This document shows positions 9,988 through 18,964 of a stretch of DNA of 64,000 nt, one piece after another. Numbering within the stretch: position 1 is the stretch's first letter; the number at the start of each line of letters is the position of its first letter. This DNA comes from a bacterium (GTDB lineage Bacteria > SAR324 > NAC60-12). The position numbers and the translations under genes are program-made. The DNA lies in the NCBI GenBank assembly GCA_965233585.1, contig CBDDTI010000747.1, forward strand, positions 992,001 through 1,056,000, read 5' to 3'. The notes beneath the pieces were generated by a model that had not been told where the DNA came from, searched no databases, and worked only from the letters and a program-made list of their open reading frames with translations.

Positions 9988-12629
9988 GTTTGGTGAAGCA
10001 AGTTTTGCATGAGTTGAGGAGCTTGTTTGAGTGCGGCAGTCAGTTGGTCAGGGTTTTTGATGCCTGCTTGTGCAAAATGAGCTTTTCCACCTCCTTTGCC
10101 ACCAGCTAGCTGAGCGACACAATTTAGGGCAGTTGGTGCTTGAATCTTTTTGGTGAGAGAATCAGAGACGGCACAAATCAAAGCATGCTTGCCTTTCATC
10201 TCTGCAGATAAAAAGACAATACCAGCAGACATCTGGGAACGTAAAGATTCTGCAAGGTCTCGCAAGACGTCTTGGGATTCTACATTGACAGGTTTTGCAA
10301 TGACTTGAACATCTCCAATCATTTGAGCCTCTTGTAAAAATTGCTCAACGTTGCCAAGCGTGAGTTGTTTCTTGAGTTGGACAAGTTGTTTTTCTAAATC
10401 CCGCTTGTCTTGCATGAGTTGCTGTATTTTTGGGGCAATGGCATCGGTTTCTACATTCAACAATGTTCTCACGTGGGCTAGGGTTTGAAACTCTTGACGG
10501 CAATGTGCTTCTGCTTGTTCCCCTGCCACTGCAACAACTCGCCTGACTCCTGCGGCTAAGGCTGTTTCTGACAAGATTCTGAATGCCCCAATGTCCCCAG
10601 TAGATTTGACGTGGCAGCCACCGCATAGTTCCATAGAATGCTCTTTCATCTTGACCACTCTGACAACAGAGCCGTACTTTTCCCCAAATAACGCAATGAC
10701 TCCAGAGTTGATGGCTTGGTCGTACGATTCTTGATAAATCTCTACATGATGGTTTTCATAGATTCGTTTTTTGACAAAGTTTTCCAGTTGTTCTAAGGTG
10801 TGCTGGCTTAATTTTTCGTGGTGTGTGAAGTCAAACCTTAAATAATCAGGGTTAACAACACTGCCTGCTTGATGCACATCTTCTCCAAGTTCTTGACGCA
10901 ATGCCGCATGAAGCAGATGCGTTGCAGTGTGATGCCTTGTTGCAGATGCACGGAGTTTCTGGTCAATGCTAGCCTGCACAGGTTCTTGGTTTGGTGTGTC
11001 TTGACCTTGACATAAGCAGACAATCCAATCTCCTTTTTTTTGAGTGTCTTTGACCTGCCAAATTGCTTGTCCTTGCTTGATGATGCCTTGATCGCCAACT
11101 TGTCCGCCTCCTTCTGGATAAAAAGGGGATTCTTCCAAAACGACTAACCAGTGCTGGTCTTTTTGTTGAACGTAACGTAACACTTTGGTTTGAATCTCAA
11201 AAGTGTCATATCCTACAAATGTTGTGGAGTTTCCTTCCTGAAGCACCTCCCAGACTTCTGAATCTGCTTGAAATTTGTTGGCACTCCGTGAACGTGTGCG
11301 TTGTTCCTCAAGCATGTGTTCAAAACTTGTCTCATCAAGTTCAAGACCTCTTTCTTCACAAAGCAGCCTTGTCATGTCTATCGGGAATCCGTAAGCATCG
11401 TAAAGTTTAAAGGCATGTTCTCCTGATAGTTGAGTTTGCGTGTTTTTGGCAAATGTTTCAAAAACCTCTAGCCCTCTGTCCAGTGTTTTTTCAAAGAGTC
11501 TTTCTTCATACTCAATGGTTCTTCTGATTTCATCTTGCATCTTGTGGAGTTCAGGAAAAGTTTGCCCCATCAAATGCACTAAAGTTGGCACAAGCTGATA
11601 AAGAAAAGGTTTGGTCTGTCCTAGCTTTCTTCCGTAACGTGAGGCACGCCTTAAAATTCTCCTCAACACATAGCCTCGTCCTTCGTTGGAAGGTCTTGCT
11701 CCGTCTGCAATGGCAAATCCTAAAGAACGTAAGTGGTCGCTGATGACGTAAAATGAAATTTCGTGGGGGCTTCCAATCTTGTATGCTATGCCTGTTTGAG
11801 CGGTAATGGATTCAACAATCGGTTGGAATAAGTCTGTATGGTAATTGGAATCTACACCTTGCAAGACACGGCAGAGTCTCTCTAACCCAAGCCCTGTGTC
11901 AACATGCTTGGCTTGTAAAGTCTTGAGCTGTCCTGTTGCCAGACGTTCATATTGAATGAAGACCAGATTCCAGAGTTCTACAAAACGCCAACAGCCATCA
12001 ACATTGACTGCGCATTGGTGTTGCTGGGACAAAGGGCATGTCCCCTCACCTAAATCAATGTGTAATTCAGAACATGGACCGCATGGACCCACATCTCCCA
12101 TCTCCCAGAAATTATTCTTCTTGCCAAATGACAAAACTTGATGAGGTAAGACTGATGTTTCAGAGATCCAAAAGTCTCTTGCTTCTCTGTCTTCCTCTGT
12201 TCCCTCTTTTTGACAACCTGCAAAGTACGTTGCCCAAAGTTTTTCAACAGGCAGACCAAATTTTTGGGTGCAAAGTTCCCAAGCCCATGCGATAGCTTCT
12301 GCTTTGAAGTAATCGCCCAAAGACCAATTCCCAAGCATCTCAAAAAAAGTATGATGGTAATTGTCACGTCCGACATCTTCTAAATCATTATGCTTTCCAC
12401 TGGCACGGATACATTTCTGGGAGTTGACAGCACGGTTGTAGTCCCGTGAACCAGTCCCCAAAAAGACGTCCTTGAATTGATTCATGCCTGCATTGGTAAA
12501 AAGTAGGGTAGGGTCATCAAGGGGGGCAACAGGGGAACTTCTGACGTGGCGATGGTGACGTTGCTCAAAAAAAGAGATAAATTCACTGCGAATGGAATCA
12601 GCAGTGAAAGAGTGGGGTTGGAAGGTCAT
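9984..12629 (-). CDS. alaS: Alanine--tRNA ligase
   Basis: DPTLLFTNAGMNQFK, HHTFFEMLGNWS, HHTATHLLH editing motif, ELCGGCHV, C-terminal GGKGGG. Confidence 0.98.
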   Translation of the reverse strand: MTFQPHSFTADSIRSEFISFFEQRHHRHVRSSPVAPLDDPTLLFTNAGMNQFKDVFLGTGSRDYNRAVNSQKCIRASGKHNDLEDVGRDNYHHTFFEMLGNWSLGDYFKAEAIAWAWELCTQKFGLPVEKLWATYFAGCQKEGTEEDREARDFWISETSVLPHQVLSFGKKNNFWEMGDVGPCGPCSELHIDLGEGTCPLSQQHQCAVNVDGCWRFVELWNLVFIQYERLATGQLKTLQAKHVDTGLGLERLCRVLQGVDSNYHTDLFQPIVESITAQTGIAYKIGSPHEISFYVISDHLRSLGFAIADGARPSNEGRGYVLRRILRRASRYGRKLGQTKPFLYQLVPTLVHLMGQTFPELHKMQDEIRRTIEYEERLFEKTLDRGLEVFETFAKNTQTQLSGEHAFKLYDAYGFPIDMTRLLCEERGLELDETSFEHMLEEQRTRSRSANKFQADSEVWEVLQEGNSTTFVGYDTFEIQTKVLRYVQQKDQHWLVVLEESPFYPEGGGQVGDQGIIKQGQAIWQVKDTQKKGDWIVCLCQGQDTPNQEPVQASIDQKLRASATRHHTATHLLHAALRQELGEDVHQAGSVVNPDYLRFDFTHHEKLSQHTLEQLENFVKKRIYENHHVEIYQESYDQAINSGVIALFGEKYGSVVRVVKMKEHSMELCGGCHVKSTGDIGAFRILSETALAAGVRRVVAVAGEQAEAHCRQEFQTLAHVRTLLNVETDAIAPKIQQLMQDKRDLEKQLVQLKKQLTLGNVEQFLQEAQMIGDVQVIAKPVNVESQDVLRDLAESLRSQMSAGIVFLSAEMKGKHALICAVSDSLTKKIQAPTALNCVAQLAGGKGGGKAHFAQAGIKNPDQLTAALKQAPQLMQNLLHQT

Positions 12630-14857
12630 ACTTGAGTAGGACTCTTGCTTAATTTGTAGGTGTGTTTAGAGTGGCTTTCCAACAGCTTCCAACGAACGAT
12701 TGGAATATCTAAAAGGTGTTCTGCTCTTAAAAAACAGATTTCTGTTTTCTCCTTCGCTTTCGTGTAGTAAGGGTAGGGAATTTCCTTTTCTAACATGTTG
12801 TACTCCCCCCAAAATTCTCTTGCTCTAATCTCTTGGTGTGTTTTGTCAGATGATTTGTCTATGATTTCAACAACACCTTGTCTTAAAAGGTGGACTCCTT
12901 CGGCATATTCGTTGAGCCTCTCACCTGCATTGACGTAGTAAGAATGAAGAGAAAGAGAAAGCTGGTTCTGTACGCTGTATGGAATGGCTTCACAAAACAG
13001 CCATGTACTTTTCAAAAACTCACGATTCCCTGATATACGTAAAATGCTGTCATACAGACCATTTTGTCTGACAAACCGATAATAAACGCGTGAGTGGATT
13101 TCTAAAACCTTCACAGAACTTGCTGCACGGAAGGTGGACTCAAGCGGTACTTCTAAGATTGAGGAAAGCTCGCCCAAAAATGCACCTGCTGAAAAAACAT
13201 TGCCTACGGTGGAGACTTGAATTTGTTCTACATTCCCTGAAAGAATCAAATAAACATATTCTGTCTTGGCGCCTTTTTTTAATAAAATAGACCCTGCATT
13301 GAAGTAGTTGATGCGTCCATTGAGCAAAGTTTCTATCTGATCAACGGCAACGTCAGGAAAATAGGAGTAAAGGCAAGACTCTGCGTAGCGGATATGGTAG
13401 TTGCTTCTGGTAGGGATTAAGACTTCTGTGGTGGCAAACGGGGCTTCTGAACCAATTTCTTTTTCATGGTCAAATAAATCTCGGTTGATATGAGAGAAGA
13501 TAATCTTGTGAGATTCGTCTTCAATAAAGTCATCGGCTGCACCATGAATGAGACCACCCCCAATGTCTATTTTTTTAAGGTCAACATGAGTGAGATAAAG
13601 GCTTTTAATTTTGTCATAAAATTTGTCATAGACATCATCTTTTTCACGGGAGTTATTCGTTTTCTGTTTGTCTAAGATGGTTCTTAATCGTGGCAAAGCG
13701 ATGATGTCTGCCAAGTGAGCGTAAGTGTAGTATTGATTTGCCCAGTGCGCACGGAAGATAAAAAAGCTGGTTTCCACAGGGTGAGGTGAATAGATGGGTT
13801 TGACCTCCAAACCATTGACGTTGTTCCACGAGTCAAAATCTAAATCATGGATTTCAAAGTATCGTGTAAATTCCTTCTCATCGGTGTCAAGTAAGGCACT
13901 GAGCTTCTTCATCACAGAATGCCGAACCATCTTGGTTGCGTAGTATTTGATGCGATGCCCAGACCTCATCAGTGTTGGAATCCCTGCAAAATGGTCATCA
14001 TGGGAGTGCGTGTGAAAAACCCCCTCAACTTCATTGACAGCAATGCCAAGAGCAGTCAGTGAGTAAAGAATGTTGGGACCTGCATCAATCAAATAGATTT
14101 TACCTTGAAACATGACGATACTTCCCATACAAGGACGTTTGACGTCCCAGCCATCTCCTTCGCCTGAATGAATGACCGAAAAGTATTCTCTGTTGACTTC
14201 ATGGTATCCCAGTTGATAGGGGGGTGAGTACGACTCGCCAGACTTTAAGTTGAGGTCTATCTCAACGCTTTCTCCTTGGTAAGAGATTTCAAAGACATTC
14301 AATGCTTTACGTTGAACATGACAGCCTTCTTTTATCTCAGCAGGAGTGTCTCTGTCCACTTTCAAAGTGTCTATCAGACTACTTGCTTCTCTAATTTGAC
14401 CAAATGCAAACTCTAACTTGATCTTCATGTAGATGTCTGCTTGGTTGTCTGCCACCCCTGAATTTTTGATTTCATCTAGGGAGATCAAGCCGTAGTTTCC
14501 GCGATAGATGTAGGCAAGCTGCGATTTGATTTGGCTAGGAGAGCCAATGAGTAAAGGTTTTGACCCATCATTGTTGGGGTGATTTGGCAGGATCATTCCC
14601 TGTCTGTAAAGCATTTGCAAAACGGGAAATTCTGCAAGGTTGGAAAACATACCATTCTGAATCAAGATGTCAGAAAGAAGCACGGCATTTGGACCAGATT
14701 CATAAGTGACTTCTCCTTGATTCCTTTCCACGACGAACCCACAGTTCATCAGATGTTTGACTGAATCAGCAGGACAACCACAGAGGATTCTAAGGTTGAT
14801 TTCAGGAATATGCACCCAATAGACTCCATTCGTTACTCTTGTTTTTTCTATCTTCAT
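12626..14857 (-). CDS. MBL-fold metallohydrolase with C-terminal cyclic-nucleotide-binding domains
   Basis: HTHSHDDH motif, HPVET, LKKIDIGGGLIHG; cNMP-like segments VYLILSG.VE...FLGE and LLRQGVVE...FWGE; likely start MKIEK. Confidence 0.8.
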   Translation of the reverse strand: MKIEKTRVTNGVYWVHIPEINLRILCGCPADSVKHLMNCGFVVERNQGEVTYESGPNAVLLSDILIQNGMFSNLAEFPVLQMLYRQGMILPNHPNNDGSKPLLIGSPSQIKSQLAYIYRGNYGLISLDEIKNSGVADNQADIYMKIKLEFAFGQIREASSLIDTLKVDRDTPAEIKEGCHVQRKALNVFEISYQGESVEIDLNLKSGESYSPPYQLGYHEVNREYFSVIHSGEGDGWDVKRPCMGSIVMFQGKIYLIDAGPNILYSLTALGIAVNEVEGVFHTHSHDDHFAGIPTLMRSGHRIKYYATKMVRHSVMKKLSALLDTDEKEFTRYFEIHDLDFDSWNNVNGLEVKPIYSPHPVETSFFIFRAHWANQYYTYAHLADIIALPRLRTILDKQKTNNSREKDDVYDKFYDKIKSLYLTHVDLKKIDIGGGLIHGAADDFIEDESHKIIFSHINRDLFDHEKEIGSEAPFATTEVLIPTRSNYHIRYAESCLYSYFPDVAVDQIETLLNGRINYFNAGSILLKKGAKTEYVYLILSGNVEQIQVSTVGNVFSAGAFLGELSSILEVPLESTFRAASSVKVLEIHSRVYYRFVRQNGLYDSILRISGNREFLKSTWLFCEAIPYSVQNQLSLSLHSYYVNAGERLNEYAEGVHLLRQGVVEIIDKSSDKTHQEIRAREFWGEYNMLEKEIPYPYYTKAKEKTEICFLRAEHLLDIPIVRWKLLESHSKHTYKLSKSPTQV

Positions 14858-15061
14858 AGACCTATGTGTAGGATTTTGTTGGTTCTCACACTCAAAACGA
14901 AAAGTCTTATAGACTATCATCAATGAAAAAATAAATCAAAGCAATCATAGACTATTATCAGTAATTAGAAAACAAATCAAAAAAGCTATGACTGAATTTC
15001 TCTTTTGTTTTTAAAAGTTATTGGATACAATCGCATAATTTTTGAGCGTTAAACCTAAATT

Positions 15062-15757
15062 ATGTCCACACTGGTTGTCATTCCAACTTACAATGAGAAG
15101 CATAACATTGCTAAGCTGATGACCAATATTTTTGAAAATGTTCCTGACTCCACCGACGTTCTAGTGGTAGATGATTCATCTCCTGACGGAACAGGTGAGT
15201 TTGTGCAAGAACTGGTAAATCAGAATCAAAGGATTCATTTGTTTTCAAGAGAGGGAAAGCAGGGGCTAGCCAGTGCATACATTCTTGGCTTTCAATGGGG
15301 AATCAAGCAAGGGTATGACTATTTGATTCAGATGGATGCAGATTTTTCGCACCACCCCAAGTATTTGCAGGCAATGATCAAGCATCTGCAAAGTTATGAT
15401 TATGTCATTGGTTCTCGTTATGTGAGTGGTGGCGGAGTTGTCGGTTGGGGTTGGGACAGAAAGTTCATCAGCAGAATGGGAAGTTTCTACGCAAGGCATG
15501 TTTTATGTCTGCCAATACAAGATTTTACTGGTGGTTTTAATGGCTGGAATAGTCAAGTCTTAGAAGTCATCGGTTTAGACCAAATCATCTCAAAAGGATA
15601 CTTGTTTCAGATTGAAATGAAGTATCGTGCCTTTCAAAAAGGTTATCGCTTTTTGGAAATTCCTATCATCTTTGAAGATAGGGTCGCTGGTCATTCAAAA
15701 ATGAATCAAGGTATTTTCTGGGAGGCAGTGACCAAGATATGGGATATTAAAAAATAA
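15062..15757 (+). CDS. Polyprenol monophosphomannose synthase-like GT2 glycosyltransferase
   Basis: VVIPTYNE, VVDDSSPDGTG, QMDADFSH.P, IGSRYV.GG, D.TGGF, FQIEMKY, F.DR..G.SKM. Confidence 0.9.
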   Translation: MSTLVVIPTYNEKHNIAKLMTNIFENVPDSTDVLVVDDSSPDGTGEFVQELVNQNQRIHLFSREGKQGLASAYILGFQWGIKQGYDYLIQMDADFSHHPKYLQAMIKHLQSYDYVIGSRYVSGGGVVGWGWDRKFISRMGSFYARHVLCLPIQDFTGGFNGWNSQVLEVIGLDQIISKGYLFQIEMKYRAFQKGYRFLEIPIIFEDRVAGHSKMNQGIFWEAVTKIWDIKK

Positions 15758-15835
15758 CATGGGGTTTGAAAAATGACGAATCAATAACAAAGATTCAAGC
15801 AAGTTCAGGCTATTGTAGAATCTCATTTTTATCTA

Positions 15836-16252
15836 TTAGTCTAAAAAATCATCTAAATACAAAACATCTATTTCTTCAATAGATTTAAATTGCTTATCAT
15901 TTGTCACGATTGAAGAACAGCCACTTTGTATTGCTGTTGCTATATGAATTGCATCAAAATGTTTGATTCCATACTTTGCTCTGACTTCTGATGATTTAAC
16001 AAGTATATCTCTATTAATTGGAATACTTTCAACTAAAGAATTATAAAAAATCATCTGTATATAAAAGTCTTCCAACTCCTTATTATGATTCATCTTGGGC
16101 TTTACAAGACATTCTGATAAAGTCAACTCACTCGTTGTCACTTGACTACTATTGTTTAGAAAATGATTTGATAAAGTTTGATACTTTTCTATACCTTCCA
16201 CTAAATAAATAAAAATATTTGTATCAAAATACACTCTATTTTGATTTAACAT
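15836..16252 (-). CDS. vapC: PIN-domain (VapC-type) toxin, copy 1
   Basis: YFDTNIFIY, SELTLSE, DAIHIATA, IVTND; conserved acidic PIN residues; overlaps the upstream antitoxin. Confidence 0.9.
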   Translation of the reverse strand: MLNQNRVYFDTNIFIYLVEGIEKYQTLSNHFLNNSSQVTTSELTLSECLVKPKMNHNKELEDFYIQMIFYNSLVESIPINRDILVKSSEVRAKYGIKHFDAIHIATAIQSGCSSIVTNDKQFKSIEEIDVLYLDDFLD

Positions 16253-16518
16253 TCTTCTCTTGAATGACGAATGAAAGTATCTACTTCTTCAGCAGTTTCA
16301 AACTCTCTACAATGTTTTGCAATGCCAAACATTGAACGAAGATCAATAGCGACTTTCTCTCTTGGTTGTATCGTTTGGGGTTCTAAGATGATTTTTCCAT
16401 TTTCAGCTCTTGCTTCCAAAGTATCGCCTTCACTAATTCCAATCTCTTTACGAACTGCAACAGGAATTGTAATTTGACATTTTTGTTTCACTTTGACGTA
16501 TGGCATTGCGTTCTCCAT
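16246..16518 (-). CDS. AbrB/MazE/SpoVT-family antitoxin, copy 1
   Basis: VKVKQKCQITIP..VRK.IGISEGD.LE swapped-hairpin motif directly upstream of a PIN gene. Confidence 0.9.
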   Translation of the reverse strand: MENAMPYVKVKQKCQITIPVAVRKEIGISEGDTLEARAENGKIILEPQTIQPREKVAIDLRSMFGIAKHCREFETAEEVDTFIRHSREEC

Positions 16519-16541
16519 TTTAAGTAAGGGTTAGAAAGTGA

Positions 16542-16573
16542 GATTTTAGCAGATTCAAATTACATTGTGTCAA
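16542..16573 (-). promoter_or_regulatory. Putative sigma70 promoter of the TA operons (identical in the three units)
   Basis: Minus strand TTGACA-19 nt-TAAAAT with an extended -10 TG; repeated at ~17427-17458 and ~18389-18420. Confidence 0.5.
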
Positions 16574-16706
16574 CTTTGTCTTTCTTTTTGTGATTTTGTT
16601 TCTGCTCTTCAGAAAAAGTGCCGAAAAGAATGATTTAGGGCAGGTGGTTTGACTTTGGCCTTTGTTTCTGGAAGGAATCAAGTTGTTTTTCATTTACCTG
16701 ATGATT

Positions 16707-17138
16707 TCAATTTAAAAAATCATCTAAATACAACACGTCTATTTCTTCAATAGATTTGAATTGCCTATCATTCGTCACGATTGAAGAACAACCACTTTGA
16801 ATCGCTGTTGCTATATGAATTGCATCAGGAAGTTTAAAGCTATACTTTGCTTTGATTTCTGATGCTAATATCCATATACCCATATTAGGTTTAACTAACA
16901 ACACATTTTCATTGTCCACAAGAAAATTCAAATAAATTTCTTCTAAAACTTGATCATTTAGCTTTTTAGGCTGAACGAGACACTCTGATATTGTCAATTC
17001 ACTTGTTATAATCTGGTGACCATCTTTGAGTAATGATGAAAAAAATTGATAAATAGAAAATTCATTAATTTCAATTTCTTCTATGACATAAATAAAAATA
17101 TTTGTATCAAAATATATTTTATCGTTCAATGGTTTCAT
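16707..17138 (-). CDS. vapC: PIN-domain (VapC-type) toxin, copy 2
   Basis: YFDTNIFIY, SELTISE, LPDAIHIATA, IVTND; ATGA overlap with the antitoxin. Confidence 0.9.
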   Translation of the reverse strand: MKPLNDKIYFDTNIFIYVIEEIEINEFSIYQFFSSLLKDGHQIITSELTISECLVQPKKLNDQVLEEIYLNFLVDNENVLLVKPNMGIWILASEIKAKYSFKLPDAIHIATAIQSGCSSIVTNDRQFKSIEEIDVLYLDDFLN

Positions 17139-17404
17139 TCATCTCTCAAACTACGGATATGAATATTCACTTCTTTCTGTGTTTTGAAACTTCTGCAATG
17201 CTTACCAGCACCTATCATTTCAAGTAAGTTCGTTTTTTTCTTTTTTCTTGGTTGTATCGTTTGGGGTTCTAATATGATTTTTCCATTTTCAGCTCTTGCT
17301 TCCAATGTATCGCCTTCGCTGATTCCGACCTCTCTGCGAACGGTAGCAGGAATTGTAATTTGACATTTTTGTTTGACTTTGACATATGGCATTGCGTTCT
17401 CCAT
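17135..17404 (-). CDS. AbrB/MazE/SpoVT-family antitoxin, copy 2
   Basis: Same N-terminal 53 aa as the other copies (few substitutions); start MENAMP at 17404 by homology. Confidence 0.9.
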   Translation of the reverse strand: MENAMPYVKVKQKCQITIPATVRREVGISEGDTLEARAENGKIILEPQTIQPRKKKKTNLLEMIGAGKHCRSFKTQKEVNIHIRSLRDE

Positions 17405-17645
17405 TTTAAATAAGGTTAGAAAGTGAGATTTTAGCAGATTCAAATTACATTGTGTCAACTTTGTCTTTCTTTTTGTGATTTTGTTTTTTCTGGTTGAGAA
17501 GTTTCATTCCTTCCCTTGTGGCATAACTGGTTTTGCTAATACACGAGCCAGAAAAGGTGTGAAAAAGAATGATTTAGGGCATGTGGTTTGACTTTGATCT
17601 TTGTTTCTGGAACGAATCTAAATTGTTCTTCATTCACTGATGACG

Positions 17646-18083
17646 TTAGTTTAAAAAATCATCTAAATACAACACACCTACTTCTTGAATAGATTTGAAT
17701 TGTCTATCATTCGTCACGATTGAAGAACAACCACTTTGTATTGCTGTTGCTATATGAATTGTATCAAAAAGTTTAACCTGATAATCTGCTCTAATCTCTG
17801 ACGATTTGATCAAAATTTCTGTACTTATCTGTTGACATTGAACATAGGAATTGAAAAGTATTGCTTGCATATAAACATTTTCTAGGTCTTGGTTTTTATC
17901 TTTTTTAGGTTTAACAAGACACTCTACAATCGTCAAAGTACTAGTCACAATTTGATGATTTCTTCCTTTTAGAACATTAAAAAAATCGCCAGCTAAACTT
18001 TGATATTTTTCTACTCCTTCAAAAACATAGATAAATACATTTGTATCAAAGTATAAAGGTCTATCAAAAAACTTATCTTTCAT
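17646..18083 (-). CDS. vapC: PIN-domain (VapC-type) toxin, copy 3
   Basis: YFDTNVFIY, TIVE, FDTIHIATA, IVTND. Confidence 0.9.
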   Translation of the reverse strand: MKDKFFDRPLYFDTNVFIYVFEGVEKYQSLAGDFFNVLKGRNHQIVTSTLTIVECLVKPKKDKNQDLENVYMQAILFNSYVQCQQISTEILIKSSEIRADYQVKLFDTIHIATAIQSGCSSIVTNDRQFKSIQEVGVLYLDDFLN

Positions 18084-18095
18084 TGAACTTGTCTT

Positions 18096-18365
18096 TCATT
18101 CACTTCTTAGATGACGGACGTATTCATTGATTTCTTCAGCAGTTTCAAAGCTTCTATGTTCTTTTGCTATTCCTAACATAGAATGAAAATCAATAGCGAC
18201 TTTTTCTCTTGGTTGTATCGTTTGGGGTTCTAAGATGATTTTTCCATTTTCAGCTCTTGCTTCCAATGTATCGCCTTCGCTAATTCCGACCTCTCTGCGA
18301 ACGGCAGCAGGAATTGTAATTTGACATTTTTGTTTGACTTTGACGTATGGCATTGCGTTCTCCAT
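18096..18365 (-). CDS. AbrB/MazE/SpoVT-family antitoxin, copy 3
   Basis: QITIPAAVRREVGISEGD motif upstream of a PIN gene. Confidence 0.9.
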   Translation of the reverse strand: MENAMPYVKVKQKCQITIPAAVRREVGISEGDTLEARAENGKIILEPQTIQPREKVAIDFHSMLGIAKEHRSFETAEEINEYVRHLRSE

Positions 18366-18572
18366 TTTAAATAAGGGTTAGAAAGTGAGATTTTAGCAGA
18401 TTCAAATTACATTGTGTCAACTTTGTCTTTCTTTTTATGGATTTTGTTTCTGCTCTTCAGAAAAATTGTTGATTGTTGAAGATGAACAAAAAATTTTTTT
18501 AAAGACAGCATATAAAAGTAGTGAATATAATAAAATTTATAACTTAAATAACTAATTATGAAAGGAGAAGAA

Positions 18573-18851
18573 ATGAAATATTTTGATGAAGAAGAAAAAG
18601 AATTGATTGAATCAATAGAAAATGGAGTCAATCAAGTTGATAGCGTTGCAAATTTAGAGGAAGAGAAGGCGAGGTATCAAGAAATATTTGCAAAAAATTT
18701 TTCTAAAAGGAAGGCAATAAGTTTGCGTATTTTAGAAAGTGATTTGTTTGATTTAAAAAGCCGAGCATTGGAAGAAGGAATACCTTATCAAACATTGATA
18801 AATTCAATTTTGCATAAGTATTTAAAAGGTTCTTTAAATCAAAAAAGCTGA
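18573..18851 (+). CDS. Orphan antitoxin-like protein (CopG/BrnA-type C-terminal RHH)
   Basis: AAGGAG RBS; DEEEKELIES..NG...ISLRI...DL..LK.RA.EEGIPYQTLI.SILHKY; no toxin ORF upstream. Confidence 0.75.
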   Translation: MKYFDEEEKELIESIENGVNQVDSVANLEEEKARYQEIFAKNFSKRKAISLRILESDLFDLKSRALEEGIPYQTLINSILHKYLKGSLNQKS

Positions 18852-18964
18852 TAACACTCAATACACGAGCAAAAAAAGTGCCGAAAAGAATGATTTGCAG
18901 CAGGTTATTTGACTTTGGTCTTTGTTTTGTGAGAGACTAACGGATTTTTCATTAGGAAAACGAT

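Larger units (their letters stand above)
15836..18465 (-). repeat. Three tandem ~0.9-kb TA repeat units with near-identical arms
   Basis: Toxin 3' ends recur at 15836, 16707 and 17646; antitoxin 5' half plus ~85 bp upstream are near-identical in all three units. Confidence 0.92.

Noticed and set aside
18407..18631. 74-aa minus-strand ORF as a toxin partner of the orphan antitoxin
   Set aside because: Low-complexity antisense translation of AT-rich DNA with no toxin motif.
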